From Corallochytrium limacisporum Hawaii (taxonomy: Eukaryota; Protista; Pluriformea): a DNA stretch of 48,848 bases. Each line of letters opens with the position of its first letter. The first letter of the stretch is position 1. The position numbers and the translations under genes were made by a program. Location of the stretch: NCBI GenBank assembly GCA_002811645.1, contig PDIP01000020.1:177949-226796 (forward strand), given 5' to 3'. The notes beneath the pieces are model-generated. The model was not told the origin of the DNA, made no database searches, and saw only the letters and a list, made by a program, of their open reading frames with translations. This document shows, one piece after another, positions 40,501-48,848 of the stretch.

Positions 40501-41354
40501 TCAAGAAGATCAGTAGTTTGATGCGTGGCCGGACTGAGCCCGATCGACCTTCGCATATTGACAAGGATGCTGGTGAAGACTCCGAAATTGATGACGACCT
40601 GGAGTCCCGCAATGCAGGTGATATTCCTCTTGAAAACTTGGACATCAGCGGCACTGATATTGGCAGGAAGGGTGTGCTTATCCTGCTTAACGCACTGGCA
40701 GCAGCCAGCAGCTTGAAACGCCTTCACATTGGCAACAACGCTTTCGACAGTGCATGCTTTGAAGCCCTTGTGAATGCATTGGAGAAGAACAAGCGCATCC
40801 GTTACTTGTCCATTGCCGGTGTCACGATTGATGGGTCCAGTGCCAAACACGTTGCGGAGGCATTGCGACGCAACACCTCCTTGGATCGCCTTGACCTCAG
40901 CAATTGTGAACTGGATCCTACCACAGCTAAGATTGTCCTCTCCGGTTTGTACAAGAACTCAACCCTTGACGGTGTTATCCTCAAGAAAAACTCGCGGTTG
41001 GGCAATGGTAGTATTGGTACTGTGGCTGAATTTCTAGATCGGAACCGTAACCGGACGTTGAAGCGCTTGAATTTGGACAATTGCTCCATTTGCGACGTTG
41101 ACGCGCTCCGCATTGGTGAGGCTCTGGCTATCAATAAGAGTTTGGAAGTTCTTACCATGCGTAACAATATGATCACCAACAAGGGACTGGTAAAGATACT
41201 CGAGGGCATCATCGGCCATCCCAATCTGACGATGGTCAAGCTTGACTTTAACAAATTTAAGGGTGATCCAGTGATTCTCCAGAAATTGAACAAGATTCGT
41301 GACGTTCGTGTTGTTCTTACCCTTGATATGACTGTAGGAGAGGCCTACCACTGA
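37560..41354 (+). CDS. FERM-domain plus RNI-like leucine-rich-repeat protein (1264 aa)
   Basis: FERM: YLGLGF...RWLD, GQA...I.AG.WPVPE..AVRLAGL.MQA..GDHDP, EAAMKYL..A...PTWG...Y.V, IGVGEDGL. Many 28-29 aa LRRs (LRSLHVNDNNIG, LENLDISGTDIG, NTSLDRLDLSNC, NKSLEVLTMRNNMIT). Confidence 0.88.
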   Translation: MEWQENLDSIMLELNAKQQAPRGPPQKPDATPTMRRNTGSEPREHTTTPPGKKAPALRRFNTLRKRMSTKGGHSRHAAAAAIAAAKMKPELVKKSPTISKRNQAQMSQKTTDLSLRITHSTQGYVLDLHDIINIESVLNYYETAPSWMQNRVPKTDDDTVVSVYDRILGDINQDIAEMDWDKPSVPEGDYYRSLPMRDGPASEMGSTGNLHDMKTSNASLVSGSSGTEESLYATTDELTRKIMWVEDPDTGEKKRMYALKTADGNLKIISDIEPGIDHDNPFNLNATDNGLIRRKSSRGRPVIAGALRCKSMGSNMDLDTVPDEGNMAPTDPEEQIVLVIETFDRAQRKSISCKVGWYGEELITKVQQKFDCPGNFPYLGLGFYRPDGAFDRWLDMETTLGQQRVRDRATLTLMMRYWRWPKNLGTNDQIVDIMFGQATRMIIAGLWPVPESVAVRLAGLYMQALLGDHDPSKHGVAQLSLNDIEGCIPHPLVPRYKEHYWLKRLVANHMRHRRMSATEAAMKYLTVARSSLPTWGTTIYQVTCGGSDSIIGVGEDGLIIGHTSIEDSRPGHFRLLAYGRIEEVRANDHGFEIQLKKTFSNELKILKFDCEHKTTLTLIEEVQDYYALHQVEQNPGTVTEDDFPHTSGIAPLSSFDTENPLERIICDPMVSQYDKFKVEYLEELRGREPHYPAVILIDSAIDRGSDFHTANLGGIFYEEAQFAPLLAALRKTWSYAPEEGFDGDPNKPQYIRNMSFQRIVLQHNVKTGTALLSPLATMISSRNPIAEIILTNCGLQEKDARALGILVEGSHRLRSLHVNDNNIGVKGCKAVLESLKANPNLTALNLSNTGASNAVLDAYRKMIKAGETCSLSKLLLNGNKGIGDSGLEAIASVLSSPGCRLHTLAVSNTAITAHSAKIFLDAMLQAGKIRSLEMASTKLSTRTAEKLANVLQMQIDTTAGCRKSNLELATLSEETIKPSTIKKISSLMRGRTEPDRPSHIDKDAGEDSEIDDDLESRNAGDIPLENLDISGTDIGRKGVLILLNALAAASSLKRLHIGNNAFDSACFEALVNALEKNKRIRYLSIAGVTIDGSSAKHVAEALRRNTSLDRLDLSNCELDPTTAKIVLSGLYKNSTLDGVILKKNSRLGNGSIGTVAEFLDRNRNRTLKRLNLDNCSICDVDALRIGEALAINKSLEVLTMRNNMITNKGLVKILEGIIGHPNLTMVKLDFNKFKGDPVILQKLNKIRDVRVVLTLDMTVGEAYH

Positions 41355-41620
41355 TAATCTGAGGAACATCACGTGCGTCACTGACACTAAAACCAGCACA
41401 AATTACAAGCAGACGCGGCAGAGTTGGACACCCTGAGTATCTATCCCTTTTTTGATGATCTTGGCTGAAAAATATATTAAAGACCAATACCATAGGCAGC
41501 CACTCGCCTGCCAGTTTTGAGTGATTTTGGGAACCAATTGGCTTATGCGCCAAAAACTCACTACCAGGAACCTTAGTCCCCGGCCCCTTTCTCTGGATGT
41601 CCGTTTGTCGTGGCTCTGGT

Positions 41621-41649
41621 CCCCCCCCCCCGGGGGGCCCGGGTGGCCC
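41621..41649. repeat. C11-G6-CCCGGG palindromic element (copy 2)
   Basis: CCCCCCCCCCCGGGGGGCCCGGGTGGCCC; same core as 620-644. Confidence 0.7.
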
Positions 41650-41837
41650 ACTCGCCGCTGCCCCCGACAGAAAAGGCGGACGCTGATTGGTCCAAAAGAA
41701 ACAGCTATTGCCAGGAAAACTCGAGTGGGGGGGTCTGCAGAATGCTGTCCCTACAAACTGGAGGTGGCTAGCAACGAGCCGCCTAGGCGTTGTTGAGGAC
41801 GGTGATGAAACTGTTGGGCTGGGCATTGCGCCGACCT

Positions 41838-41928
41838 TCCTTGTGTTGGTACCGTGTATAACACGGTTGCAAAGGCTCTGTATGGGTCCAGAGCCATTCT
41901 GTGAGTCAGTGACACACAGAGTCAAGGA
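41838..41928. ncRNA. Candidate structured RNA element (four-way junction), unassigned
   Basis: Three adjacent hairpins closed by TCCTTG/CAAGGA. Confidence 0.3.
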
Positions 41929-42182
41929 GTGTGATGTGTACGGTATCTGAGTTCTTCGCAGAATTAGAATGAACGGTGGTGTACTAAACTAAGAATGCTT
42001 CGTTCTCACTCGCTGAGCACTAAGGGTATTCGAAACTGAACAGGATCTCGACATGTCGGTCAGTATCAAGCAGTGGCATGAATTAATAGGTGTACATGAG
42101 CGTGTACCGAGAACGCTATCGCCAGAAGTACAAGGAAGCTGTATTGAAGAATAGCAAGAGCAAGTCAGCAAATACATAGATC

Positions 42183-43373
42183 ATGAAGTTTGAATATAAT
42201 ATACTATTCCTGCTTGCTGGAGCAATGGCACAGACCTGCTATGAGCAGAGTACTGTGCAACTGAAGGCTATATATCGGGACCTGCATTCGGGGTATGAGA
42301 ACAATACCAACCGTAACAACAGCAAAAGACATCCCGACTGCGAGGATATAATCTGCACCGAGACTGGGCTTGTTGAAAATACTTTGTCAGCGGACGGTAC
42401 ACCAACTCCGTCAGCATTGCCCGGTGCGTGCAGCCTAATCAAGAGCGCAGACTCCTGGCATGGATGGTACCACGATGTGAGCATTGACGACCACGGCACA
42501 TTGGGTAATGTGCGGGTGGAAGGTTTTGTTCCATTAGAGCTTCAGGCCGATGGACGCACATACATTTACAACAGCGCCCCTCTCGGTGACCGTGGTGGGT
42601 TTTGGCCACTCGACAACCGCGGAATTGACGATCACCAAAGTGAATATGATCATAATTATTGTTTTACAACACACATTCGAACCACTTTTACTTACCGTGG
42701 AGACGAAGTGTTCCAATTCCATGGTGATGATGATGTATGGGTCTACGTCAACAATGGACTGGTGGTTGACATCGGAGGTGTCCATCGTGCCATTTGCAAG
42801 TACATATGCATGAGCTACGACAATGTCTGTACTGGTCCAGCTGATTGTAACAAGGTTGACCGCAGTGGAAACAACTTTGTTGATACTCTAATCAGGAGCC
42901 TGGTAGTCGGAGAGACATACAACTTCGATATGTTCCACGCCGAACGTCACACAACGCAATCCAACTTCTATCTATCTACTACTCTGGCCTTGCAGGGTGA
43001 AGTTATTGACTCGGCGGAATTAGCGTTCGTTGACACTCCCGACACAGCGTTCGCTGCTAGCGTAGCAAATGGGAACAACTTTGAACTGCCTGTCGAGCTC
43101 TCCTACATTCCTGATGTGGATGTGACCGTGACATGCTTCGCTACTGATACTGACGACATCACTGGCACTCGGAGAGATGCGCAGTTCTCCCAAGGCCAGG
43201 TTACGTTCACTGCCTGCACCACCTGTGATTCCGGCTGTGGCCTCAACTACGAGAAGCGCAAGACAGTATCAATGGCTGCCAACACTCCCGGCAACTACTA
43301 CGTTTGGTGCGAGGCCTCTGGCGGTGTGTTCACCGGTGCCAGCACAACCGGGTCGCAGGTGCAGATCACATAA
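42183..43373 (+). CDS. Secreted fibro-slime/PA14-domain protein (396 aa)
   Basis: Signal peptide MKFEYNILFLLAGAMA; YRD, HPDCE, TGLV..TL..DG.P, F.PLD, HNY.FT, F.F.GDDDVWVYVN..LVVDIGGVH, FHAERH...SNF. Confidence 0.9.
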   Translation: MKFEYNILFLLAGAMAQTCYEQSTVQLKAIYRDLHSGYENNTNRNNSKRHPDCEDIICTETGLVENTLSADGTPTPSALPGACSLIKSADSWHGWYHDVSIDDHGTLGNVRVEGFVPLELQADGRTYIYNSAPLGDRGGFWPLDNRGIDDHQSEYDHNYCFTTHIRTTFTYRGDEVFQFHGDDDVWVYVNNGLVVDIGGVHRAICKYICMSYDNVCTGPADCNKVDRSGNNFVDTLIRSLVVGETYNFDMFHAERHTTQSNFYLSTTLALQGEVIDSAELAFVDTPDTAFAASVANGNNFELPVELSYIPDVDVTVTCFATDTDDITGTRRDAQFSQGQVTFTACTTCDSGCGLNYEKRKTVSMAANTPGNYYVWCEASGGVFTGASTTGSQVQIT

Positions 43374-43506
43374 CGAGTCTAAGGATGTTCATTCCAAAGT
43401 TATACAAGTACTGAACCTTAAGTTCTTCACAGATGGACCGCTACGAATGCGAAACAAAATATGTAACAATTCATTAAAGAAGACCCAATGTCTCCAAAAT
43501 ATGGAG

Positions 43507-46500
43507 TCAAGCAGTCCAACGTAAGTTGTCTAGGTTATCCAAGTCCGTACCAGTATGCATCGATTTCCTCGCCACGTCTCTAAGTTTCTCAAACTCTCGA
43601 GGACCAAGTGTCTCTGACATGCGCCGAAAGAGGCCTGATTGTCGCTCGATAAGTGCCAATGGTGTGTCGAACTCAGCAATCTCGCCGTGTACCATCACGG
43701 CAATGCGGTCGCAGTCCACCACAGTATGCAAGCGGTGTGCAATTTGGATAACAGTAGAGTCCGCAAAGTATGTGCGTAAGGCGGTGGAGATTAGCTGCTC
43801 TGTTGTGGGATCGACGTGGCTCGTGACCTCATCCATGACAATCACAGAAGGTTGGTGCAACATCGCTCTAGCCAAGCACACTAGCTGTTTTTGGCCAGCG
43901 CTGATATTTCGTCCGTTCTCTTCCACTTTCGTGTCAAGGCTAAACCCATTAGCGTCCATAACTCCAACGTCCTCAAGTCGGCGCACCAGTGCCAGATCAT
44001 CAAACTCATCAAAAGGATCGAGATTCTTCCGCACAGTGCCACTAAAGAAAAGGGCATCCTGTGTGATTACCGCAATGCAAGATCGCAGCTGTGTTAGGGG
44101 TATGCTGTTGATGTTCACCCCATCAAGAAGAACGCAGCCATAGTCCACTTGAGCCAGTCGACTCAGCACTGCCATCAAGGAGCTCTTGCCTGCGCCCGTA
44201 CGGCCAACAATTCCAATGTTCTCGCCCGGTCTGATATGCAGATTGATGTCTTTGAGGACATGAGGCAGTGACTCTTCGTAGCGCATCCAGACATGGTCCA
44301 GAACGAGCTCGCCTTGCTTGGGCCACTTCTCCTTCCGTAATCTATCCAGCAATTTAGTGTCATATTCATCAATGTTTCGATCTTCTCTAGGGGCGGAATT
44401 GATGAACTTCAGTACTCTCATTCTAGCCTGATTCATGACTTCAAGCTCAAGTCTGGTAGTAATGAGCAAATTCACAACCAAAGAACTGAAACATGCGTTG
44501 GCAAGAAAGAATCCACTCCGTGAGGCATTGACATCACCTTTCAAGCCCACAACCACCAACGTCACACCAAAGTAATACAAGATGCCTATAAAGCGTCCTC
44601 GTTCTACCAACTTGCTTTGCACATTCATCAGTTTGCAGTCTACGTCAATGTGTGCATCAAGATAATGCTTGAATTGGCTCATCATGTAGTCACCTACGGC
44701 ACATGCCCTGATTGAAATCAAACCAGTCCATGTCTCACTGAACACGTTCGTGAACGGTACTGCGGTCTTCGTTTTCGCGAGGGTGAGCCTGCCAATAGTG
44801 CTACCATATCTACGGCCCACAAGCACCATTAGGCCAAGTACAGGGACCACCACAAGAACAAACCAGAAACTAACAATTAGCATTAGGACAGTGAGCAGAA
44901 CAATGAAGCTTGCAGCCATGTAAAACATGTCGAAGTTCATCATCAAATCTTTTTCCAGCTTCTGAAGACTGCCCACAAACAGGCTAAGAGTCCAGTTAGG
45001 AGTTACTTCACAGATGTATGATGCAGGGGCAGCAAACACAGCGGTCAGTAACTGTGTGAACAGTCTTTGGTTGCTGCTTACCATCCACTTTGAGTACAGC
45101 TTAAACCGTACCACAACAGCTGAGGTTTCGACGACAATGAAGGCACTATAGACGGCAAGAAACAAGTATTCTTCATCTCTAGTGATAGTGTCTGTACGCT
45201 CAGACCACAGAGCTAACGTAACCATAGATGCCTCAATGCCAGCCATTTCGAAGAGGACCCAGAAAGCAAGCCAGATAGCATGGACAGTGGATCCTAAGGC
45301 TGCCTTCACGAAACTCCACTCGCCCATTTTGCGGGTCCCGCCACCCTTCTCTTCATCCAGGAAAAGTGAGTCCTCACCAACTTCTTCTTGAATATCGTCC
45401 TCGACCGGACCCTTTTCATAGGCTTCAATCGCTGCCAATATTGACTCGTCAGCTCCATCATCCATTACCTTGTCAAGGGAACCGTCCCGATTCAGAACAA
45501 TTACCTGGTCTGCAGCACTGATGAGGGAAGGGTGATTTGTAGCACAAACTACAGTTTTGTGCTTGAGGAGTGCTGTAAAGATTACGTGAATTACGTGATT
45601 TGCAACGTGTGGGTCTAGAGCGCTAATGGGGCAGTCAAATATGTAGACGCTGTGATTCTCATTGTAGATACAACGAGCAAGCGCGATTCGTTGCTTTTGG
45701 CCGCCGCTAAGAGTTGTCGGCGATACAAACGTTAAATCACCATTCTCTTGATCTTCAAAGTCGGATAGAAGGCCGCAGGCAGCGACCACATCATTATATC
45801 GAACTAGCTTGAACGGGCGCCCCATAACGATGTTGTCTCTGATGGTTGCTCTGAGAATAAACGGATGCTGTGAAGCATAGCCAATTGACCCCGGACTAGT
45901 CACTTCACTTGCCCGGTACACATTCTGCGTGAAGATCTCATCCATGAGCCCCATCAAGAGAGTGGTTTTGCCCGCAGCTGCTGGACCAACGATTACGGTC
46001 ATTTCTCTCTTTCTTATGTCAAATGTGAGCTCTCTGACGAGGCCACGTTGGCAACTTGAATTGCTGCCAATGGAGGCCTCATCGCTGACCAAAGGATTCC
46101 AGCACACATTCGCATTTTCAAGGCGGAACATAACATTCACCCCACTGCCATCGCCTTCCAGTACATTTTTAAGACGATGAACTGACTTTGGCCGATTCAA
46201 AAATTCTGTAATCTGGCGGAAGGCTGAGAATCCATCAGCAACAGTTTTCACATTCAACGGCAGATAGAAGATCCTACCGTGCAAAATACCAAGCAAGATC
46301 CAGTACGTCCAGGTTATGGCAGGCTCTAATGGCTTGCTAATGATAAAAACGTAGAACGCTGCCACTGCCAAGGAGATCCAGTCCACCGAGTTGTTAGAAG
46401 ATGCAATGAGCAAACCAGATTGGAAATATGACTTTCTCATGCTCTTGACTTCGTTGACACGAAACTTTTGCAACTTCTCCTTAAATTTGTTCTCCCAAGC

Positions 46501-47328
46501 ATTTGCTTTGATGACACCCATTCCATGGAGTGCCTCACTGAGAAAGGTATTTCGCTTGCGCTGCATTTCACTTCTGCGAGATTGTTCTGTTTCCAGACGC
46601 CGTCCCAAGATATTAGCGGCTGACATACTGATCATTACGACAACAAGCGCACCCACAGCCGCATAGTTGACGAAGTAAATGAGTTCAATGATTATGGCAA
46701 GAGCTTCAAGTGGCTGCAACAGTAATCCAACACATCCATTCCAAAAGTTAGTCAAATTTTCCGTTGATGACGACACGAGACCTGTAACTTCACCACTGGA
46801 AGTACTTTCGCCGGCAACAGACACATCCAACAGTTGGTGAAAGATCATTGAGTTCATCACATGTCGACTCTTGACACCTGCCTGCAGGCTCAACTTCAGC
46901 GACCTACCAGATGCATAGTTAGATGCCGTAGCTAGTGTGAGAAGAATGATGCAAAGCAAATACCCTTCGTAAGTTGGGCGAGAATCATCTTCTAACCAGA
47001 GGAGGATGAGATAAATCGTGATTGGGGTTGCAAGAGTGCTAAAGATCTGCACGCTGTACCATAATGTAGATACGAGAATCTGCCGCTTGAGCAGCACTAA
47101 CAGGCCCAACAACAACTCCTTAGCAGCAATGCCGCCAGCTAAATTGCCATCCTTCTTTGGCCCCAGCTCCAGGTCGCCACCTTGACCTAGTTCCCCATTC
47201 TGTCTCCTAGCGATTAGCCGCCACAGCGCACACCGTGCCGCTTCTATATCATCTGCATTTATGATTCCATGTCGGTGTGACTTGTCTTTTCCCTTGGAGG
47301 GTGAACTAGCTCGTAAGTTCCCGGACAT
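43507..47328 (-). CDS. ABCC/MRP-type full-length ABC transporter lacking TMD0
   Basis: TMD-NBD-TMD-NBD layout; IKANAWE; NBD1 GPAAAGKT and LSGGQKQRIALAR; WPKQG; NBD2 GIVGRTGAGKSS, ISAGQKQLVCLARA, MDE, IAHRL. First ATG is at 47328. Confidence 0.95.
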   Translation of the reverse strand: MSGNLRASSPSKGKDKSHRHGIINADDIEAARCALWRLIARRQNGELGQGGDLELGPKKDGNLAGGIAAKELLLGLLVLLKRQILVSTLWYSVQIFSTLATPITIYLILLWLEDDSRPTYEGYLLCIILLTLATASNYASGRSLKLSLQAGVKSRHVMNSMIFHQLLDVSVAGESTSSGEVTGLVSSSTENLTNFWNGCVGLLLQPLEALAIIIELIYFVNYAAVGALVVVMISMSAANILGRRLETEQSRRSEMQRKRNTFLSEALHGMGVIKANAWENKFKEKLQKFRVNEVKSMRKSYFQSGLLIASSNNSVDWISLAVAAFYVFIISKPLEPAITWTYWILLGILHGRIFYLPLNVKTVADGFSAFRQITEFLNRPKSVHRLKNVLEGDGSGVNVMFRLENANVCWNPLVSDEASIGSNSSCQRGLVRELTFDIRKREMTVIVGPAAAGKTTLLMGLMDEIFTQNVYRASEVTSPGSIGYASQHPFILRATIRDNIVMGRPFKLVRYNDVVAACGLLSDFEDQENGDLTFVSPTTLSGGQKQRIALARCIYNENHSVYIFDCPISALDPHVANHVIHVIFTALLKHKTVVCATNHPSLISAADQVIVLNRDGSLDKVMDDGADESILAAIEAYEKGPVEDDIQEEVGEDSLFLDEEKGGGTRKMGEWSFVKAALGSTVHAIWLAFWVLFEMAGIEASMVTLALWSERTDTITRDEEYLFLAVYSAFIVVETSAVVVRFKLYSKWMVSSNQRLFTQLLTAVFAAPASYICEVTPNWTLSLFVGSLQKLEKDLMMNFDMFYMAASFIVLLTVLMLIVSFWFVLVVVPVLGLMVLVGRRYGSTIGRLTLAKTKTAVPFTNVFSETWTGLISIRACAVGDYMMSQFKHYLDAHIDVDCKLMNVQSKLVERGRFIGILYYFGVTLVVVGLKGDVNASRSGFFLANACFSSLVVNLLITTRLELEVMNQARMRVLKFINSAPREDRNIDEYDTKLLDRLRKEKWPKQGELVLDHVWMRYEESLPHVLKDINLHIRPGENIGIVGRTGAGKSSLMAVLSRLAQVDYGCVLLDGVNINSIPLTQLRSCIAVITQDALFFSGTVRKNLDPFDEFDDLALVRRLEDVGVMDANGFSLDTKVEENGRNISAGQKQLVCLARAMLHQPSVIVMDEVTSHVDPTTEQLISTALRTYFADSTVIQIAHRLHTVVDCDRIAVMVHGEIAEFDTPLALIERQSGLFRRMSETLGPREFEKLRDVARKSMHTGTDLDNLDNLRWTA

Positions 47329-48848
47329 CACCACATATTACGATGTGAGCGCTACGGCTGTCATATGACAGATGCATGAGCTTCTCCTTGGGTGTCACTG
47401 ACAGAGAACGTCTGTGTCCTTTCCTAAATTCCAGGTTTGAATACCATTGTCTCTAGAGACTCAGCAAGAGAAGAAGCAAATAGATAACAGCTATCCGTAA
47501 GGCTCGATTCACCCATCCGTTGGCACGTGCACCAACACCGAACGCTTGGCTTTTCGGGACTCTAGGCGTCGAGGAAACAAATTCTAAGGCTATGGAAGCC
47601 GGTACTCATCATCGTTGCGTGCAGCCACCATGTCCGGTCATCACGCGCAGTCCCGCTAACTGCCACCACCGTCTTCACGCTACTCTTTTCCATTAGATTC
47701 TCTTGCGCAGAAACCCATTTGTGCTAACGGTTCCCCCTTCCCTCACTTTCCGCGCTCAATTCCCCTTTCCCCTCTCTCTTCCCTACCACTTGCGTCCCTT
47801 CCGGCTTTCCACGCACGCGATGCTGTGAGATTCCGGACAATCCCCACCTCAAGTACCACCGCGCTGGGTCCACTTAACTGAGTAAATACCCCGAGGTTTG
47901 TCGGTACGATGAAGAGATAAGACCCAATAGAACTAAGAGCCGGGGGACGGAGGGGGGTCGTGCCCTGTACCAAATATCTAGATTGTAGCCAGACAGTAAT
48001 GAAGGAAGATTGCAAAACTGAATGAAACATGGATGTTTCAATTGTGGCAGACCAGCTCTTGCATGAACACCATTGGTGAAGTGACTTGCGAGGCAAGACT
48101 AATGCCAAGTCTCGCTCACCAAAATAAAAACAACAACCAGAGCCTCAGCCGTCCACTGCTGCAGCCGCCTATCGTAGATTCATATGCGCAAGTAGTAGCT
48201 GTAGACCGTGTCTGCGGAATTACACTTGAAGTGATGCCGGCCGATCCAAGTGAAAGTCTTGCAGATCGATTGACTGCGGCTTGTAGGATCACTCTATCAA
48301 TCCCTCCCATTGCATGATATCAAGAATACTTTAGAGGTGATCCTAACCAAGAGATGGTCGAGAGATGACTTATCTGTGCATCGATCTCTTGTAGTTTTGC
48401 GCATGTCCATCGAATATTACTGGACCATGTGTATCGGTTCTGTTAGCTGATCGGCGTTGTCGCACATGCTCTTGAAGATTCCGCTGCCTCACCTTCTTGA
48501 CATCGACGGAGAGTATTTATCTTGGAGACCACTAAACCATTACCGCGGACAATGCCCCACAGACGACAGAACGTGGTGGTGGAAGGCGCAAAATCCAAGC
48601 AATGACTGACGGCAAACTTACGCGACATGACCTAAACTGGTTCCCAATACATTAAGTATGCGTGCGACGTCCTCCTAAATCTTAGCGGTCGGTGTATATA
48701 GAGAACGTGGTATGGTGAGCCCCGATCTGACCCAAACGCAACCGCTAAATGTTGCCGACTACCAACCTCTGCCCCATAAGTTAAGGAGGAATTTAGGTTT
48801 ATAGGGTCGCAACCTTCTTTGAATCAAATAAATCTTATCACATTTGAT

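Noticed and set aside
48716-48724. CGGGGCTCA on the minus strand resembling RNase MRP CR-V
   Set aside because: Preceding conserved A residues are missing, and CR-I would fall outside the window, so it cannot be supported.
1-48848. Functional gene cluster, CRISPR array, transposon or viral insertion
   Set aside because: Neighbouring genes have unrelated functions, and no repeat-spacer arrays, transposase, reverse transcriptase, integrase or LTRs were seen.

Overview
Gene-dense eukaryotic nuclear DNA (about 50% GC by eye) with 14 apparently intronless CDSs, mostly in tight convergent or divergent pairs: a ROCK/MRCK/DMPK-type kinase with C-terminal ankyrin repeats, ORC3, a Chs7-like chitin-synthase export chaperone, a degenerate TBC protein, HSP90, NDUFB11, UPF2, GPN1, TEN1, a WDFY3/ALFY-like BEACH protein, an enkurin-domain protein, a FERM+LRR protein, a secreted fibro-slime/PA14 protein and an ABCC transporter. 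Animal-like genes, a fungus-like gene and no coding introns together suggest an intron-poor unicellular opisthokont, possibly a holozoan such as Corallochytrium (inference only). No convincing tRNA, rRNA, CRISPR array or transposon was seen. Best leads: (1) a ROCK-like kinase fused to a MYPT/PPP1R27-like module (degenerate RVxF plus ankyrins); (2) Chs7 in a seemingly non-fungal genome; (3) a four-way-junction RNA-like fold upstream of the fibro-slime gene; (4) a recurring C-run/G-run/CCCGGG palindrome; (5) degenerate TBC and FYVE domains; (6) candidate 5'-UTR-only introns. All family calls come from remembered motifs, not from database searches.
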